From positions 264,822 through 328,821 of the forward strand of contig CAWGRQ010000024.1 in the NCBI GenBank assembly GCA_963824985.1: a stretch of 64,000 bases of DNA, given 5' to 3'. Shown here piece by piece: positions 1 through 9,455 of the stretch; position 1 is the first letter of the stretch, and the number at the start of each line of letters is the position of its first letter. Under the pieces are notes generated by a model, which did not search any database, was not told where the DNA came from, and saw only the letters and a list, made by a program, of their open reading frames with translations. Position numbers and translations under genes: made by a program. Source of the stretch: Terriglobia bacterium (GTDB taxonomy: Bacteria > Acidobacteriota > UBA6911).

Positions 1-825
1 GGCCTCGCCAACCGGGACTTCCCGGAGCCGGAAAAAGCCCACGGTCGCCCGGTCGACATCCCACTTTTGAACGATCGATGCATAGGCCTGCCGCCGGTCT
101 TCCGGCAAAGCAGCCAACCAGGCGGCATATGCCTGACTTTCTCCCTGTGCCTGCCCGTTGAGCAGAACCGTGGTTGCCGGCGCATTGACGGAAATCGGGA
201 TTTCCACCGTACGGCGGCGAAGCGTGCGGATTTCGGTCAGCGATTCCGCGGGCCGGACGGTCAATTCCAGGTCCTGATCGACATAACCCGTCAGGCGCAG
301 CTGAAATCGATATGTCCCCGCAAGAAGCGGCAGGTCCGCCGGGGTTTTGCCCAGCTCCGTTCCCAGATAGGAGATTACAGCCGCAGGGGGGGTGGTCTGC
401 AACTCGACATTTCCTGTTTCCGCCGACCGGATTTTTCCCAGCAGCAGCTTTTCGCGGGGATTGAAGATGCTCTCGTCGATTTTAGGATTGGTGTTCAGGA
501 GTTCCCGGAACAGGGCGGTAATTTCCACTTCGGGAAGCAGCAGCATGCTCTGAGTGCGCATCAGGAGCAGGAGGGAATCCTGAAGGATCCTGGCGCCATC
601 CGCGGTCAGCGTCCCGTTCTGGCGCAACGGGCGCAGGACGGCAAGGAGCGGAGCCAGCTTCTCCGCCACTGCCTGCGGCTGAGCGGATTGCAGATCTCCA
701 GCTTCCTTCAGAGTCTGTTCCATCCTGCCGATGTCGAGGATCGGCGGCGCCCCCGTCTGGGGGAGGAGCCCGGCCAGAGGCGCTGCCAGGATCAGCAGAA
801 CGAAGCCAATCAGTCTTGATCTCAT
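1..825 (-). CDS. Secreted hypothetical protein (partial, continues beyond window start)
   Basis: Reverse-strand ATG at 823-825 overlaps the stop of the upstream gene (ATGA). I translated the first ~35 codons by hand: MRSRLIGFVLLILAAPLAGLLPQTGAPPILDIGRM, a typical signal peptide. No minus-strand stop-terminated ORF is listed here, consistent with an open frame reaching the window edge. The plus ORF 67-819 is R/Q-rich wrong-frame sequence. Confidence 0.45.
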   Translation of the reverse strand, partial: MRSRLIGFVLLILAAPLAGLLPQTGAPPILDIGRMEQTLKEAGDLQSAQPQAVAEKLAPLLAVLRPLRQNGTLTADGARILQDSLLLLMRTQSMLLLPEVEITALFRELLNTNPKIDESIFNPREKLLLGKIRSAETGNVELQTTPPAAVISYLGTELGKTPADLPLLAGTYRFQLRLTGYVDQDLELTVRPAESLTEIRTLRRRTVEIPISVNAPATTVLLNGQAQGESQAYAAWLAALPEDRRQAYASIVQKWDVDRATVGFFRLREVPVGEA

Positions 826-2306
826 CGGATATAGATCCAAGTATCCTCGTTTTTCCCCGTCGTCACCATTTCGCCGGTCATGGTGATCCCCAGAACGCGC
901 AGATTCTTATAAGGCGGGCGCGGCTCCAGGGGGATCGTGCTGACCGGTTGATAGCCCGGGCCGGCGCCCTCGCTCTTAATCGCAAAGATCTGTATGGAAT
1001 TGCTGTCGAGAACGTAGAGATGGTCCAACAGGTCAAGAGCAAACGATTGAATGGTCCCCTCTTTCCCCGACACCGGCGCGGGTACCACGCCGGATATCTG
1101 GCTTCCTTCGCGGGAAAAGATCTGAATGCCTTTTCCGGCCGCATCCAGCACAAACAGATCGCCGCGCGCGCCGATCCTGACGAGGCCTCCCCGAACCGGG
1201 GACAGGACCGTCAGGGCCAGATTCCCGCCGTCGTCGGCGTGGCCCCGCAGCAAGCCGGCGTCCTGATCGAGAAGGTACACATCCCCGCGATCGTCAACCG
1301 CCAGGGATCGAAGCCTCCTGAGCGATCTGGGCTTGCCGGCGGTGCTCACTGAGAGCGGCACGAAGCTCCCGCTCCCAAGATCAATGCCATCCTCGGTGAG
1401 GGAATAGAGCCGTCCCTCCCCCGTGTTGGCCACATCGACGATCTTGCGCGCGGCCCTTGCCTCGACAACCTTTCCCGCCGGAGTTATCCGCACGATCTGC
1501 TCTTTATCGACGAGAATGAACTCCCCAGCGCTCAACGCGAGGGATTGCGGATCCTTGAGCCCCGTGAAACCTTCGAGGCGCACCGGCACAACCTCATCAA
1601 AAATCGCTCCGACAGGAGCGGGAGAAGGCAAGGAGAAACGATAAGAAGTAAATAAAAAGTTCCGGGTGTCGCCATAGATGGTCGGCAATTCCGTAACTGC
1701 AAGCGCATGCCGGAAATGCCGTGTGGCGGCGCCGGCATCTCCCTGGAACGAAGCGCCGAGCCCCAGAATCATGTGGGCGTTCGCAAGGAGCGGCGAATAC
1801 GGGTCGGCCTCGAGAACCTGGCGGGCCAGTGACTCCGCGCGCCTGTAATCCCGCGCGCGCAGGGCGGCGTCCGCCTGTGCCTGCACGCCGAGAAGAGAGC
1901 CCTCGAACACCGGATCAGAGAGGGTGGCGGCCGCGCTGTCCGCCTGGCCGTGAACCGCCGCCTGGTAATAAGCCCGCAGGATTTCAATGCGCCTGAGCAC
2001 CTTTGCCAACCCCGGATTCCCGGCCCCGCGCTCCGTGAGCGCCTTCAGCCGCGCCGGTAGATCCGGCACCGATCCCGGGTGAAGCAACCCGATTGCGTGA
2101 ATGGTTTCCAGCAGGTCAGGAAAGAACGGAGAAGAGGGTGTCTCGTTTGCGATCGCGTCCAGCCTGCGCACCAGTCCGGGAAGCCCGACGGTCGGAGCGG
2201 CCGCCAGCGCCTCGTAATAGAGCGCACGCACCCGATCCTGGACCGCCCCCTGCGGCAACAGCAACGCGAGAAACAGCGCCAGAAAGCACTTCCCGAAAAC
2301 CGCCAT
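822..2306 (-). CDS. Secreted TPR-like / NHL-repeat beta-propeller protein
   Basis: Signal peptide MAVFGKCFLALFLALLLP. N-terminal helical TPR-like region (ALYYEALAAA...). C-terminal NHL-type repeats (DLFVLDAAGKGIQIFSREG; HLYVLDSNSIQIFAIK). Alternative start at 2339. Confidence 0.6.
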   Translation of the reverse strand: MAVFGKCFLALFLALLLPQGAVQDRVRALYYEALAAAPTVGLPGLVRRLDAIANETPSSPFFPDLLETIHAIGLLHPGSVPDLPARLKALTERGAGNPGLAKVLRRIEILRAYYQAAVHGQADSAAATLSDPVFEGSLLGVQAQADAALRARDYRRAESLARQVLEADPYSPLLANAHMILGLGASFQGDAGAATRHFRHALAVTELPTIYGDTRNFLFTSYRFSLPSPAPVGAIFDEVVPVRLEGFTGLKDPQSLALSAGEFILVDKEQIVRITPAGKVVEARAARKIVDVANTGEGRLYSLTEDGIDLGSGSFVPLSVSTAGKPRSLRRLRSLAVDDRGDVYLLDQDAGLLRGHADDGGNLALTVLSPVRGGLVRIGARGDLFVLDAAGKGIQIFSREGSQISGVVPAPVSGKEGTIQSFALDLLDHLYVLDSNSIQIFAIKSEGAGPGYQPVSTIPLEPRPPYKNLRVLGITMTGEMVTTGKNEDTWIYIR

Positions 2307-2442
2307 GCGAGCCTCGCCAGCGCCCCGTGGGGCGGCCAATCACTCTACTCCAACGAAGGTCCAGATCCTGCGTGCTCGTATATGCTTATCGACAACTCGA
2401 ATTATAACAACACGGAAGAGAGAATCGGGCCGAAATTCGCGG

Positions 2443-5076
2443 CTAGCGCACCAGCGCGTTGAACAGAAATTTATAGGTGCCGTGAGTCTGCGCCCGGTTC
2501 TGGGTCCGGAACCCGATGAGAATCACTTTGCCCTCCCCAAAGGCGATCGAGGCCATGGCCGTCTTGCCGGCAATGTATTTCTCGCCGTTCAGCCAGCCGC
2601 TCCGCTCGACATTGCGATCGGTATAGCGAACGATGATCTGGTTCTTTTCGTTGTGTTCGGTCGCCGCCACATCGAAAGCCGGGCTGTAGTGGAACAGCAC
2701 CAGGGCGTCTTCAGGCATCCCGTATGCCAGGGGATTTGTGGTGTCGACCTTCACACGCAAAGTCGATCCGGGACAGAAGAACTCCTTGGTGCTCAGGCCG
2801 GCCACCACGTTGCGGACCGGCAAGCCCAGCCGGGTGATCGCGAAATCGGTGGCCCCGCCGAGCGTGATCAGGGTGCCGCCCTTGGCCACAAAGTCCCTGA
2901 TCGCGTTCACGCCATCGTTGCCGATGCCGCTCCGGTACTCCGGCGGTGTTGAGTCGGGAACGCCGGCAAATCCGCCGCGGCCCCCTCCGCCCCCTCTGCC
3001 TCCGTCGGGCTCGCCGGTAATGGTGCCGGTGCTGTCGTCCGCAAAGATGAACACATCATAATTGGCGTTGAGATTGCCCTTCCTGATCTCGGCGTCATAG
3101 ACGCTCCTGAACGGGAACATGAACTGCCCTTCAAAAAGAAAGCGCGTCCAGCCCTCGTCCATGTTGCCGCCCCGATAGCGCTGATACATGCCGATCCGCA
3201 GCCGCTTCAGATCGTGGGCCTGCTTCGGCTCCGCCTTCAGCGGGCTGAAATCGACCCCGGTCTGCCTCGCAACATCCGCGACCAACGAATCGGGCGCCGA
3301 CGCCGCCACCAGGAAATCGCCCCGCCGCACGCCGTCTCCATCCCCATCGGCGCGCCGCATCGGCACGTTCCGGTCAAAGAGCAGGTTCATCGCCTTGAAA
3401 GCGTCGTTAAGCCGCCCATCGATAACGTAACCCGCAGGACCCTTGGCCACCTTGCCGGCCGGCTCGATCCGGGTGGCGACCTTCGCAAAATCGGCCTTCA
3501 GCGCCGCGCCCAACGGGTCGGCTTTGATGCCCATGTATTCGGCCAGCACGTCCTGGCCCATGTCATAGGGCCTGATCGGCGTCCCGTCCTGCTGCCGCGT
3601 CCACTCGTTGTCCGGGTAGTGCGTCTCACCCAGCAGGTATCGGATGAGTCCCATCTTGGGCTGTGCCAGCGCCACGTAGAAGGAGCCGGCGGGATAGATC
3701 ACACCGTCCGGCGTGGTGAAGCCTTTGGCGGACTGCATCACTTCGATGCCCTGGTTGAGCATTGCGTTGATCAACTTGTTGAGCGTGAGCGGATCGTTCT
3801 GGCTTGTCGAGATCGCATACGCCGCCGGATTGCCTTTGGCGCCCCGCTCCGTCTGACGGGTCGCCTTCAGATAAGTGTCCCAGACGATGGTTTCGGAATT
3901 GCGCGCCACGCAGTCCAACAGCGCCCAGGCCGCCACCTTCTGGCGCTCGACGATGTCCCGGAGACGCCACCACCCGCCCGGCCACGGATTCGGGAAGTTC
4001 ATCTGTTCCTGTGTCGGGTGCTCGAGGTTGCGCGCCGCGCTCGCGATCTGGCTCGGATCGATGTAGAGCGGAGTGGCCAGCCGCGCGCTCGCCGATTCGG
4101 TCAGCATCCCGGCGATGTTGTGAAACGGGGTGATCCAGTGAAACCCGAAATGGCCCCACCCCGAATACTGGCCGTCATTCATCACCCCCGACAGTCCGGC
4201 CTCTTCCGCCTTGTTCGCCATCTCGGCGCCGTACCACGCCGATTCCCGCCACACCAGAGGATCGGCCAGCGGACGAATCGGCTCCGCGTAGGGCGGGTAG
4301 TAGATCCGCGCGCCATAGCTGCCCATGTGGTGGAAGTCAAAATACGCCTGGGGCTTCCACTCCGTGAACAGCACCTGGCCCGCGTACTGCGACTCCTTCA
4401 TGTTCATCGTAAGGGCATCGCGGTTGTTATCGTGGCCGATATATTTGTTGTACAGCCACGGCGGTCCCGACCCTTCGTATTCGGTCCCGAGATACTTGTT
4501 GTAGAAGTCGGTCACCATGATCTCGCCGTCCGGATTGAAGGAGGGAATGAGCAGGAAGATGACGTTGTCGAGGATCCTCTGCGCCTCGGGATCGGTTCGC
4601 GTCAGGAGGTCGTAGGCGAGCTCGGGCGACATCTGAGCCCCGCCAATCTCGGTGGCGTGCATGCTCATCGTCATCGCAACCAGCGGTCTGCTCGCCGCCG
4701 CAATCTTCCTCGCCTCGGCTTCCGGAATCCCGCGCGGATCGCTGAGCCTGAGATTGTTCTGCCGCAGCGTTTCCAGGTTCTTCAGGTTTGCCGGCGACGT
4801 GAAAATGCACAGGAGGAAGGGATTGCCCATCTCGGTCGGGCCCATGTTGATTACCTTGAGCTTGCCGCCGCTCTCCTTCTCCAGAATCTGGTAGTACTCC
4901 ACCAGCTTATCCCAGCGCGCTATCTTCCGGTCGGCGCCCATCTGGAAGCCGAAGAATTTTTCAGGAGACGTGACCTGGCTCTGCGCCTGAACGTCTTGGG
5001 TCGGGAGCCCTGAACCGGCAAAAGCCAGCGCCAAAATAATGAGAAGCGCCCAGACGACTCTCATTTCCCTGTTCAT
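2443..5076 (-). CDS. M14-family zinc carboxypeptidase, secreted
   Basis: 877-aa ORF with signal peptide (MNREMRVVWALLIILALAFAG). M14 hallmarks: HATE (HxxE zinc site), FNPDGE, GHDNNRD. GGAGGG Shine-Dalgarno sits 7 nt upstream of the ATG at 5076. Confidence 0.75.
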   Translation of the reverse strand: MNREMRVVWALLIILALAFAGSGLPTQDVQAQSQVTSPEKFFGFQMGADRKIARWDKLVEYYQILEKESGGKLKVINMGPTEMGNPFLLCIFTSPANLKNLETLRQNNLRLSDPRGIPEAEARKIAAASRPLVAMTMSMHATEIGGAQMSPELAYDLLTRTDPEAQRILDNVIFLLIPSFNPDGEIMVTDFYNKYLGTEYEGSGPPWLYNKYIGHDNNRDALTMNMKESQYAGQVLFTEWKPQAYFDFHHMGSYGARIYYPPYAEPIRPLADPLVWRESAWYGAEMANKAEEAGLSGVMNDGQYSGWGHFGFHWITPFHNIAGMLTESASARLATPLYIDPSQIASAARNLEHPTQEQMNFPNPWPGGWWRLRDIVERQKVAAWALLDCVARNSETIVWDTYLKATRQTERGAKGNPAAYAISTSQNDPLTLNKLINAMLNQGIEVMQSAKGFTTPDGVIYPAGSFYVALAQPKMGLIRYLLGETHYPDNEWTRQQDGTPIRPYDMGQDVLAEYMGIKADPLGAALKADFAKVATRIEPAGKVAKGPAGYVIDGRLNDAFKAMNLLFDRNVPMRRADGDGDGVRRGDFLVAASAPDSLVADVARQTGVDFSPLKAEPKQAHDLKRLRIGMYQRYRGGNMDEGWTRFLFEGQFMFPFRSVYDAEIRKGNLNANYDVFIFADDSTGTITGEPDGGRGGGGGRGGFAGVPDSTPPEYRSGIGNDGVNAIRDFVAKGGTLITLGGATDFAITRLGLPVRNVVAGLSTKEFFCPGSTLRVKVDTTNPLAYGMPEDALVLFHYSPAFDVAATEHNEKNQIIVRYTDRNVERSGWLNGEKYIAGKTAMASIAFGEGKVILIGFRTQNRAQTHGTYKFLFNALVR

Positions 5077-5411
5077 TGGAATCCCTCCGTGGTCAATGTG
5101 CGCGCGCAAGCGGATTGCTCACTTAATGGGTTTGCAGCTGCCTTACCGAGGCTTGCCCGACCATGTTCATCGGTGTGAGTTGTCCAACAAGCCTCAGATG
5201 GATCCCGGCAACGACCGGGAATTCCTGCTTGGCAGGAAGTTTTTCATTTCTTGAAATTCTTTTATTCGATAGGGGATACTACAGTTGTATCGCTGCGGCG
5301 GTCAACGAGAATCGTTGCCGGCGGGCTGAGTGACACTCAGAGCAACTACCCACAGCCGCGACCGTCAGGCCAAGAAATCTATGGACAGGCGCGCACGGCG
5401 CTCGATTGCCG

Positions 5412-5984
5412 TTATGGGAGCGGGTTGCCCGCCATTTGCCAGGCCTTGATGGCGGCGATGGGGTGGATGAGCATGATGATATTCAGAACCAGGTTATCGC
5501 GCACCCATAACAGCATGCCCACCTCAGCGACCACCATTAACGCGAGGCTGACCCTTACCTGAATACGCGCGGCCAGCAGGAAACCGGCAGACATCATCAT
5601 GATATCGCTCAGCGAATTGACCACGCTGTCGCCTACATAGCCGAGTGCAATGGTTACTTCGCGGTAGCGGTCGATAATAAAAGGGGAGTTTTCCAGGATT
5701 TCCCAACCGGCTTCCAGAATGACGGCGATCAAGAGCCTCTGGCGCACCGGCAGCCTGCGGGCGACTGTCCACAAGAGGGCGTAGAACAGCAGGCCGTGCA
5801 CAACGTGCGATAATGAATAAGGGTCGGCGAATCGCTGTGATTGTTCACTGCTCCAGATATCGCCTTCCCACCATCCGAATTTATCGTCGGGTCCGAACGG
5901 GAGGCGACCCATGGCCAGTTCAACCCACGCAGTAAGGATGAGCACTGCCGCAGCCGCGCCGATGATCCAGAGCCAGCGTCTCAT
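5412..5984 (-). CDS. DUF2585/UPF0314-family integral membrane protein
   Basis: Multi-TM protein carrying the family-conserved stretch SHVVHGLLFYALLW...NSPFIIDRYR...RDNLVLNIIMLIHP...IKAWQ. Start taken at MRRWLW. Confidence 0.6.
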   Translation of the reverse strand: MRRWLWIIGAAAAVLILTAWVELAMGRLPFGPDDKFGWWEGDIWSSEQSQRFADPYSLSHVVHGLLFYALLWTVARRLPVRQRLLIAVILEAGWEILENSPFIIDRYREVTIALGYVGDSVVNSLSDIMMMSAGFLLAARIQVRVSLALMVVAEVGMLLWVRDNLVLNIIMLIHPIAAIKAWQMAGNPLP

Positions 5985-6142
5985 CGGGGCAGTATATAGC
6001 ACGCCATCAGGGAAATTCGGCCCTATTGTCGATCCTCTTTGCCGGGCCATGAGATTCCGGAGACCTCACCGACTGCCTTGGACTGCGGGAATTACGCTGC
6101 GTTCTTTAAGGTCACTCTGGAAGGCTCCTTTCGGGGCGCATG

Positions 6143-6625
6143 CTAACCGGGAGCATTCTCTTTCAGCATCTTGTCCGGCATTTGAACCGCGACGACCTCC
6201 CCTCGGACACAAATAACTCCTGCCACCGCAATGGTCGCCGTCACGATGATTTTGCGTCCCTTGATCTCCAATGCTCTGCCGCGGATCTCCAGCGGCGGCC
6301 CCAAGGGGGTGGGCTTGAGGTAATCGACCTTCAGCGAGGCGGTCACGAACCGGAAGGGAGGGAGGGTAGCCGGATCCCGGTTTTCCGCGCGATAGGCCGC
6401 GGCCGCCGCGGTTCCGGTTCCGTGACAGTCGATCAACGAAGCGAGAAGACCGCCGTAAACGTATCCCGGGATGGAGATGTGATACGGTTTCGGTTGGAAA
6501 AGAGTCACAACCTCATCTCCGTCCCAGTAGCTCTTGATCTGATAACCGTGCTCGTTGAGCCTCCCGCAGCCGTAGCAATAGCTCACATCGGGAGGATAAA
6601 AATCCTGTATGGCTTTTCCGTTCAT
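6143..6625 (-). CDS. PaaI/YbgC-type hotdog-fold thioesterase
   Basis: YVYGGLLASLIDCHGTGTAAAAAY is the hotdog thioesterase signature. About 160 aa. Start likely the ATG of MNGKAIQ (6625); the track used an upstream TTG. Confidence 0.7.
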   Translation of the reverse strand: MNGKAIQDFYPPDVSYCYGCGRLNEHGYQIKSYWDGDEVVTLFQPKPYHISIPGYVYGGLLASLIDCHGTGTAAAAAYRAENRDPATLPPFRFVTASLKVDYLKPTPLGPPLEIRGRALEIKGRKIIVTATIAVAGVICVRGEVVAVQMPDKMLKENAPG

Positions 6626-6660
6626 AAGATCTTCGTCCCTCAGCAAATCTTACCAGAGTT

Positions 6661-6819
6661 CCGGTGACCGGCGCCATAACCTCGAAATTCCGTCACAGAA
6701 GCGGCGGTTTTGCGCCGCATTCCCAAGGGTGCGGCAAATCGCTTGCATCGTCATCTCCAGTCAACCGCTCCGTCATGGCTTGCCATGCCTGAATTTAGAG
6801 GTTATGGCGCCGGTCACCG
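6661..6819. repeat. 158-bp element bounded by 30-bp near-perfect inverted repeats (MITE-like or regulatory palindrome)
   Basis: Left arm ccggtgaccggcgccataacctcgaaattc (6661-6690). Right arm gaatttagaggttatggcgccggtcaccga (6791-6820) is its reverse complement with 2 mismatches. Core contains an inner hairpin gcggcg-gttttg-cgccgc. Confidence 0.6.
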
Positions 6820-6952
6820 AAATCCCTTCTTTGTCATTGACAAGTATTCTAGTATCTGCTGAATTACTAAAACATCGGGTGGCAGAAAAGCGGACTGTCA
6901 AATCGAACTGTCAGGTAATGCTGCGTGTCCGAGCCCCGCAATCACAAGAGAT

Positions 6953-7519
6953 ATGGAGATTCGATTGCCAATGCACACTCTCAGCAGGTTTGCCAAATGG
7001 GGAATCGCTTGGGCCTTCATTTTCGCCCTGGCGGCGTCGGTTGTGTGGCTCACGGGAAGTGAGCGGATAAACACTGCCTCCGAGTACTACGGGCGGGCAC
7101 TCGTCAACAGCCTGCAGCGCGAACCTGAGCCTGCCGATCCGTGGACGGCTGACCGGCTATTAGAAGCGCAGCAGCTGGCAAATAGCGTTTCCGATCCGGG
7201 CGAGAGCAAGCCGCTGGTTCTTTATTTTGGTCCCGCCGTGCTCTTTAGGAGAGAGCATGTACCGGGCGCGAAACTGATCGGGCCATTATCCGAGCCTGAC
7301 GGACCGAAAAATCTGCAAAAAGAGGTGAGGAATTTGGGGAGAGATACGGAAATTGTCCTTTATTGCGGCTGTTGCCCCTGGAATGTGTGCCCGAATGTTC
7401 GGCCCGCCTTCCAGGTGCTGCAAGACATGGGATTCAAAAAAGTAAAGGTACTGTATCTTCCAAATAACTTCAGACAGAACTGGGTCAATAAGGGATTCCC
7501 GGTCCAAAGGGAACAATGA
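6953..7519 (+). CDS. Rhodanese-domain sulfurtransferase with N-terminal TM/signal segment
   Basis: N-terminal hydrophobic helix (WGIAWAFIFALAASVVWL). Rhodanese active-site loop context IVLYCGCCPWNVCPN. 188 aa. Confidence 0.65.
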   Translation: MEIRLPMHTLSRFAKWGIAWAFIFALAASVVWLTGSERINTASEYYGRALVNSLQREPEPADPWTADRLLEAQQLANSVSDPGESKPLVLYFGPAVLFRREHVPGAKLIGPLSEPDGPKNLQKEVRNLGRDTEIVLYCGCCPWNVCPNVRPAFQVLQDMGFKKVKVLYLPNNFRQNWVNKGFPVQREQ

Positions 7520-7530
7520 CACCGGCACGC

Positions 7531-7578
7531 GATCTCATTCATTCCCTTCGTCGGTAATGAACGAATGAGAACAAGATC
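7531..7578. promoter_or_regulatory. Inverted repeat GATCTCATTC-N22-GAATGAG-N4-GATC upstream of the ArsR-family gene (candidate operator or attenuator hairpin)
   Basis: ctcattc (7534-7540) pairs with gaatgag (7563-7569). Outer gatc/gatc arms. Located 20 nt upstream of the regulator start codon. Confidence 0.3.
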
Positions 7579-7598
7579 TGATTGAGAGCCATAACTTT

Positions 7599-8277
7599 AT
7601 GTCGAGTCCAAATCGTCAGTACAAGACCTCAATTTACGAACAATTCTCCCGCATTGGCAAAGCCATCTCCAATCCCAGCCGGTTGGAGCTATTGGAGCTC
7701 CTGTGCCAGGCGCCTCGAACCGTGGAAGTCCTGGCCAGGGAAGCCAATCTTGGTGTGGCCAACACGTCACAGCACCTAAAAGCGCTCCGCGCTGCTCGCT
7801 TGATAGAGGCCGAAAAAGCAGGTCTTTTCGTGACCTACCGGCTGGCTGACGAGGCGGTCTGCCAATTCTTCCGCTCGCTGCGCATACTGGCCGAGATTCG
7901 CCTGACGGAGGTTGGGGAAATCACGCGCAACTTCCTGCAGGGCCGCGAAGGAATGGAACCTATCGATCGGAAGGCACTCCTGGCTCGGGTAAGGCGCGGC
8001 GACGTCACGGTTCTGGATGTTCGACCAGCGGGAGGAATACAAGGCTGGGCACATACCGGGGGCGCTTTCGATTCCGCTCAAAGAACTCGAGCGGCGTCTT
8101 TCGGACCTGCCGCGGGATCGCGATGTCGTCGCCTACTGCCGAGGCCCCTATTGCGTGCTGGCTGTGCAGGCAGTTGAAATCCTTCGGTCGCGCGGATTCA
8201 GCGCCTTCCGCCTGGAAGTGGGCGTCCAGGATTGGCGGGCGGAGGGCCTGCCCGTCGCCGGCGGCGAAGAGAGGTAG
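7599..8277 (+). CDS. ArsR/SmtB-family (SqrR/BigR-like) HTH regulator fused to a C-terminal rhodanese domain; one frameshift near 8025-8035
   Basis: Winged HTH (RLELLELLCQAPRTVEVLAREANLGVANTSQHLKALRAARLI) with Cys residues in LLCQ and AVCQFF, as in persulfide-sensing SqrR/BigR. The rhodanese domain continues in the +1 frame (FDQREEYKAGHIPGALSIPLKELE...VVAYCRGPYCVLA). Deleting one c in cgaccagcg yields a contiguous VLDVRQREEYKAGHIPGA. Confidence 0.6.
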
Positions 8278-8281
8278 GAGT

Positions 8282-9441
8282 ATGGGCGATCGGTTCGAAC
8301 AGCCGGTTTACCTGGACTACAACGCCACGACGCCGCATGCGCCCGAAGTTGTGGCGGCCATGAAGCCGTTTCTCGACGGTCACTTCGGGAATCCGTCCAG
8401 TGCCCACCGGTACGGCGCGACCACGCGCGCCGCGATAATCCAGGCGCGGTCCCAGGTTGCCGATCTTCTCAACTCGAAACCGGAAGAAATCGTGTTTACC
8501 AGCGGCGGGACGGAGTCCAACAATTACGCCCTTCGCGGAGCTGCCTTGGCCGGTGCGCAGCGGGGACGCCACATCATTACCAGCCTGATTGAGCATCCGG
8601 CGGTGACGGAGGTGTGCCGCCAATTAGAGGTCGAAGGCTTCGAAGTAACATGGCTTCCGGTGGATGGAGACGGGTTGGTGCGGGTTGCGGAGGCGGAGGC
8701 GGCGATGCGTCCGGACACCATCCTCATTACGCTCATGCATGCGAACAACGAAGTCGGCTCCATCCAGCCGATCCAGGCCGTGGCGGAGATCGCGCGGCGG
8801 CGCGGAATCATCTTTCACACCGACGCGGCACAGTCCATTGGCAAGATCCCCACCGACGTTCGCGAGCTTGGCGATTGATCTCCTTACTGTTGCCGGGCAC
8901 AAGCTCTACGCGCCCAAGGGAGTCGGCGCTCTCTATATCCGGGACGGGATCGCCCTTGATCCGCTTATGCGCGGGGCCGGTCAGGAGCAGGGGCGCAGAC
9001 CGGGGACCGAAAACGTTCTCGAGATTGTCGGGCTCGGCAAGGCTTGCGAAGTGGCCGGGCGTGACCTGGCAAAGAACATGGCGCGCATGCGGGAAACCCG
9101 CGATGAGTTGGAGCGGAGGGCTCCGCGAGATCATCGGGGACGTTCGAGTGAACGGGCACCCCGAGCAGCGCCTTCCCAACACTCTGAGTCTGAGCATTCG
9201 CGGCGTCAACGCCAACGAGCTTCTCACCGCCATCGAGCCCTATGTTGCCGCGTCAGCGGGAGCCGCCTGTCATTCCGGCGAGGTTCTGATCTCGCATGTT
9301 CTTTGCGCGATGGGAGTCCCAGAGGATTGGGCTCGCGGCACCCTCCGGCTCTCTACCGGGAGGCGCACGACCCGGGAGGAAGTGCGTGACGCCGTAAACG
9401 CGATCGCGGAGGCTGTACGCAGGCTTCGCCGCACGGAATAA
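8282..9441 (+). pseudogene. Cysteine desulfurase (IscS/NifS class V aminotransferase), interrupted by two frameshifts
   Basis: N-terminus MGDRFEQPVYLDYNATTP...TSGGTESNN...HANNEVGSIQP. Continues in another frame with IDLLTVAGHKLYAPKGVGALYIRDG (PLP-Lys motif), then a third frame with LREIIGDVRVNGHPEQRLPNTLSLSIRGV...SAGAACHSGE (active-site Cys). Shifts lie near 8870 and 9105. Confidence 0.65.
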
Positions 9442-9455
9442 AGGAGAGAACCAGC

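Noticed and set aside
67-819. 250-aa plus-strand ORF
   Set aside because: Arg/Gln-rich low-complexity translation typical of the wrong frame in GC-rich DNA. A convincing signal-peptide gene is on the opposite strand.
3214-5013. 599-aa plus-strand ORF
   Set aside because: Fully antisense to the M14 carboxypeptidase. Arg-rich, no motifs.
8055-8075. tRNA T-loop-like ggcgctttcgattccgctc
   Set aside because: Embedded in the rhodanese coding frame. No acceptor or anticodon arms. No tRNAs found anywhere in the window.
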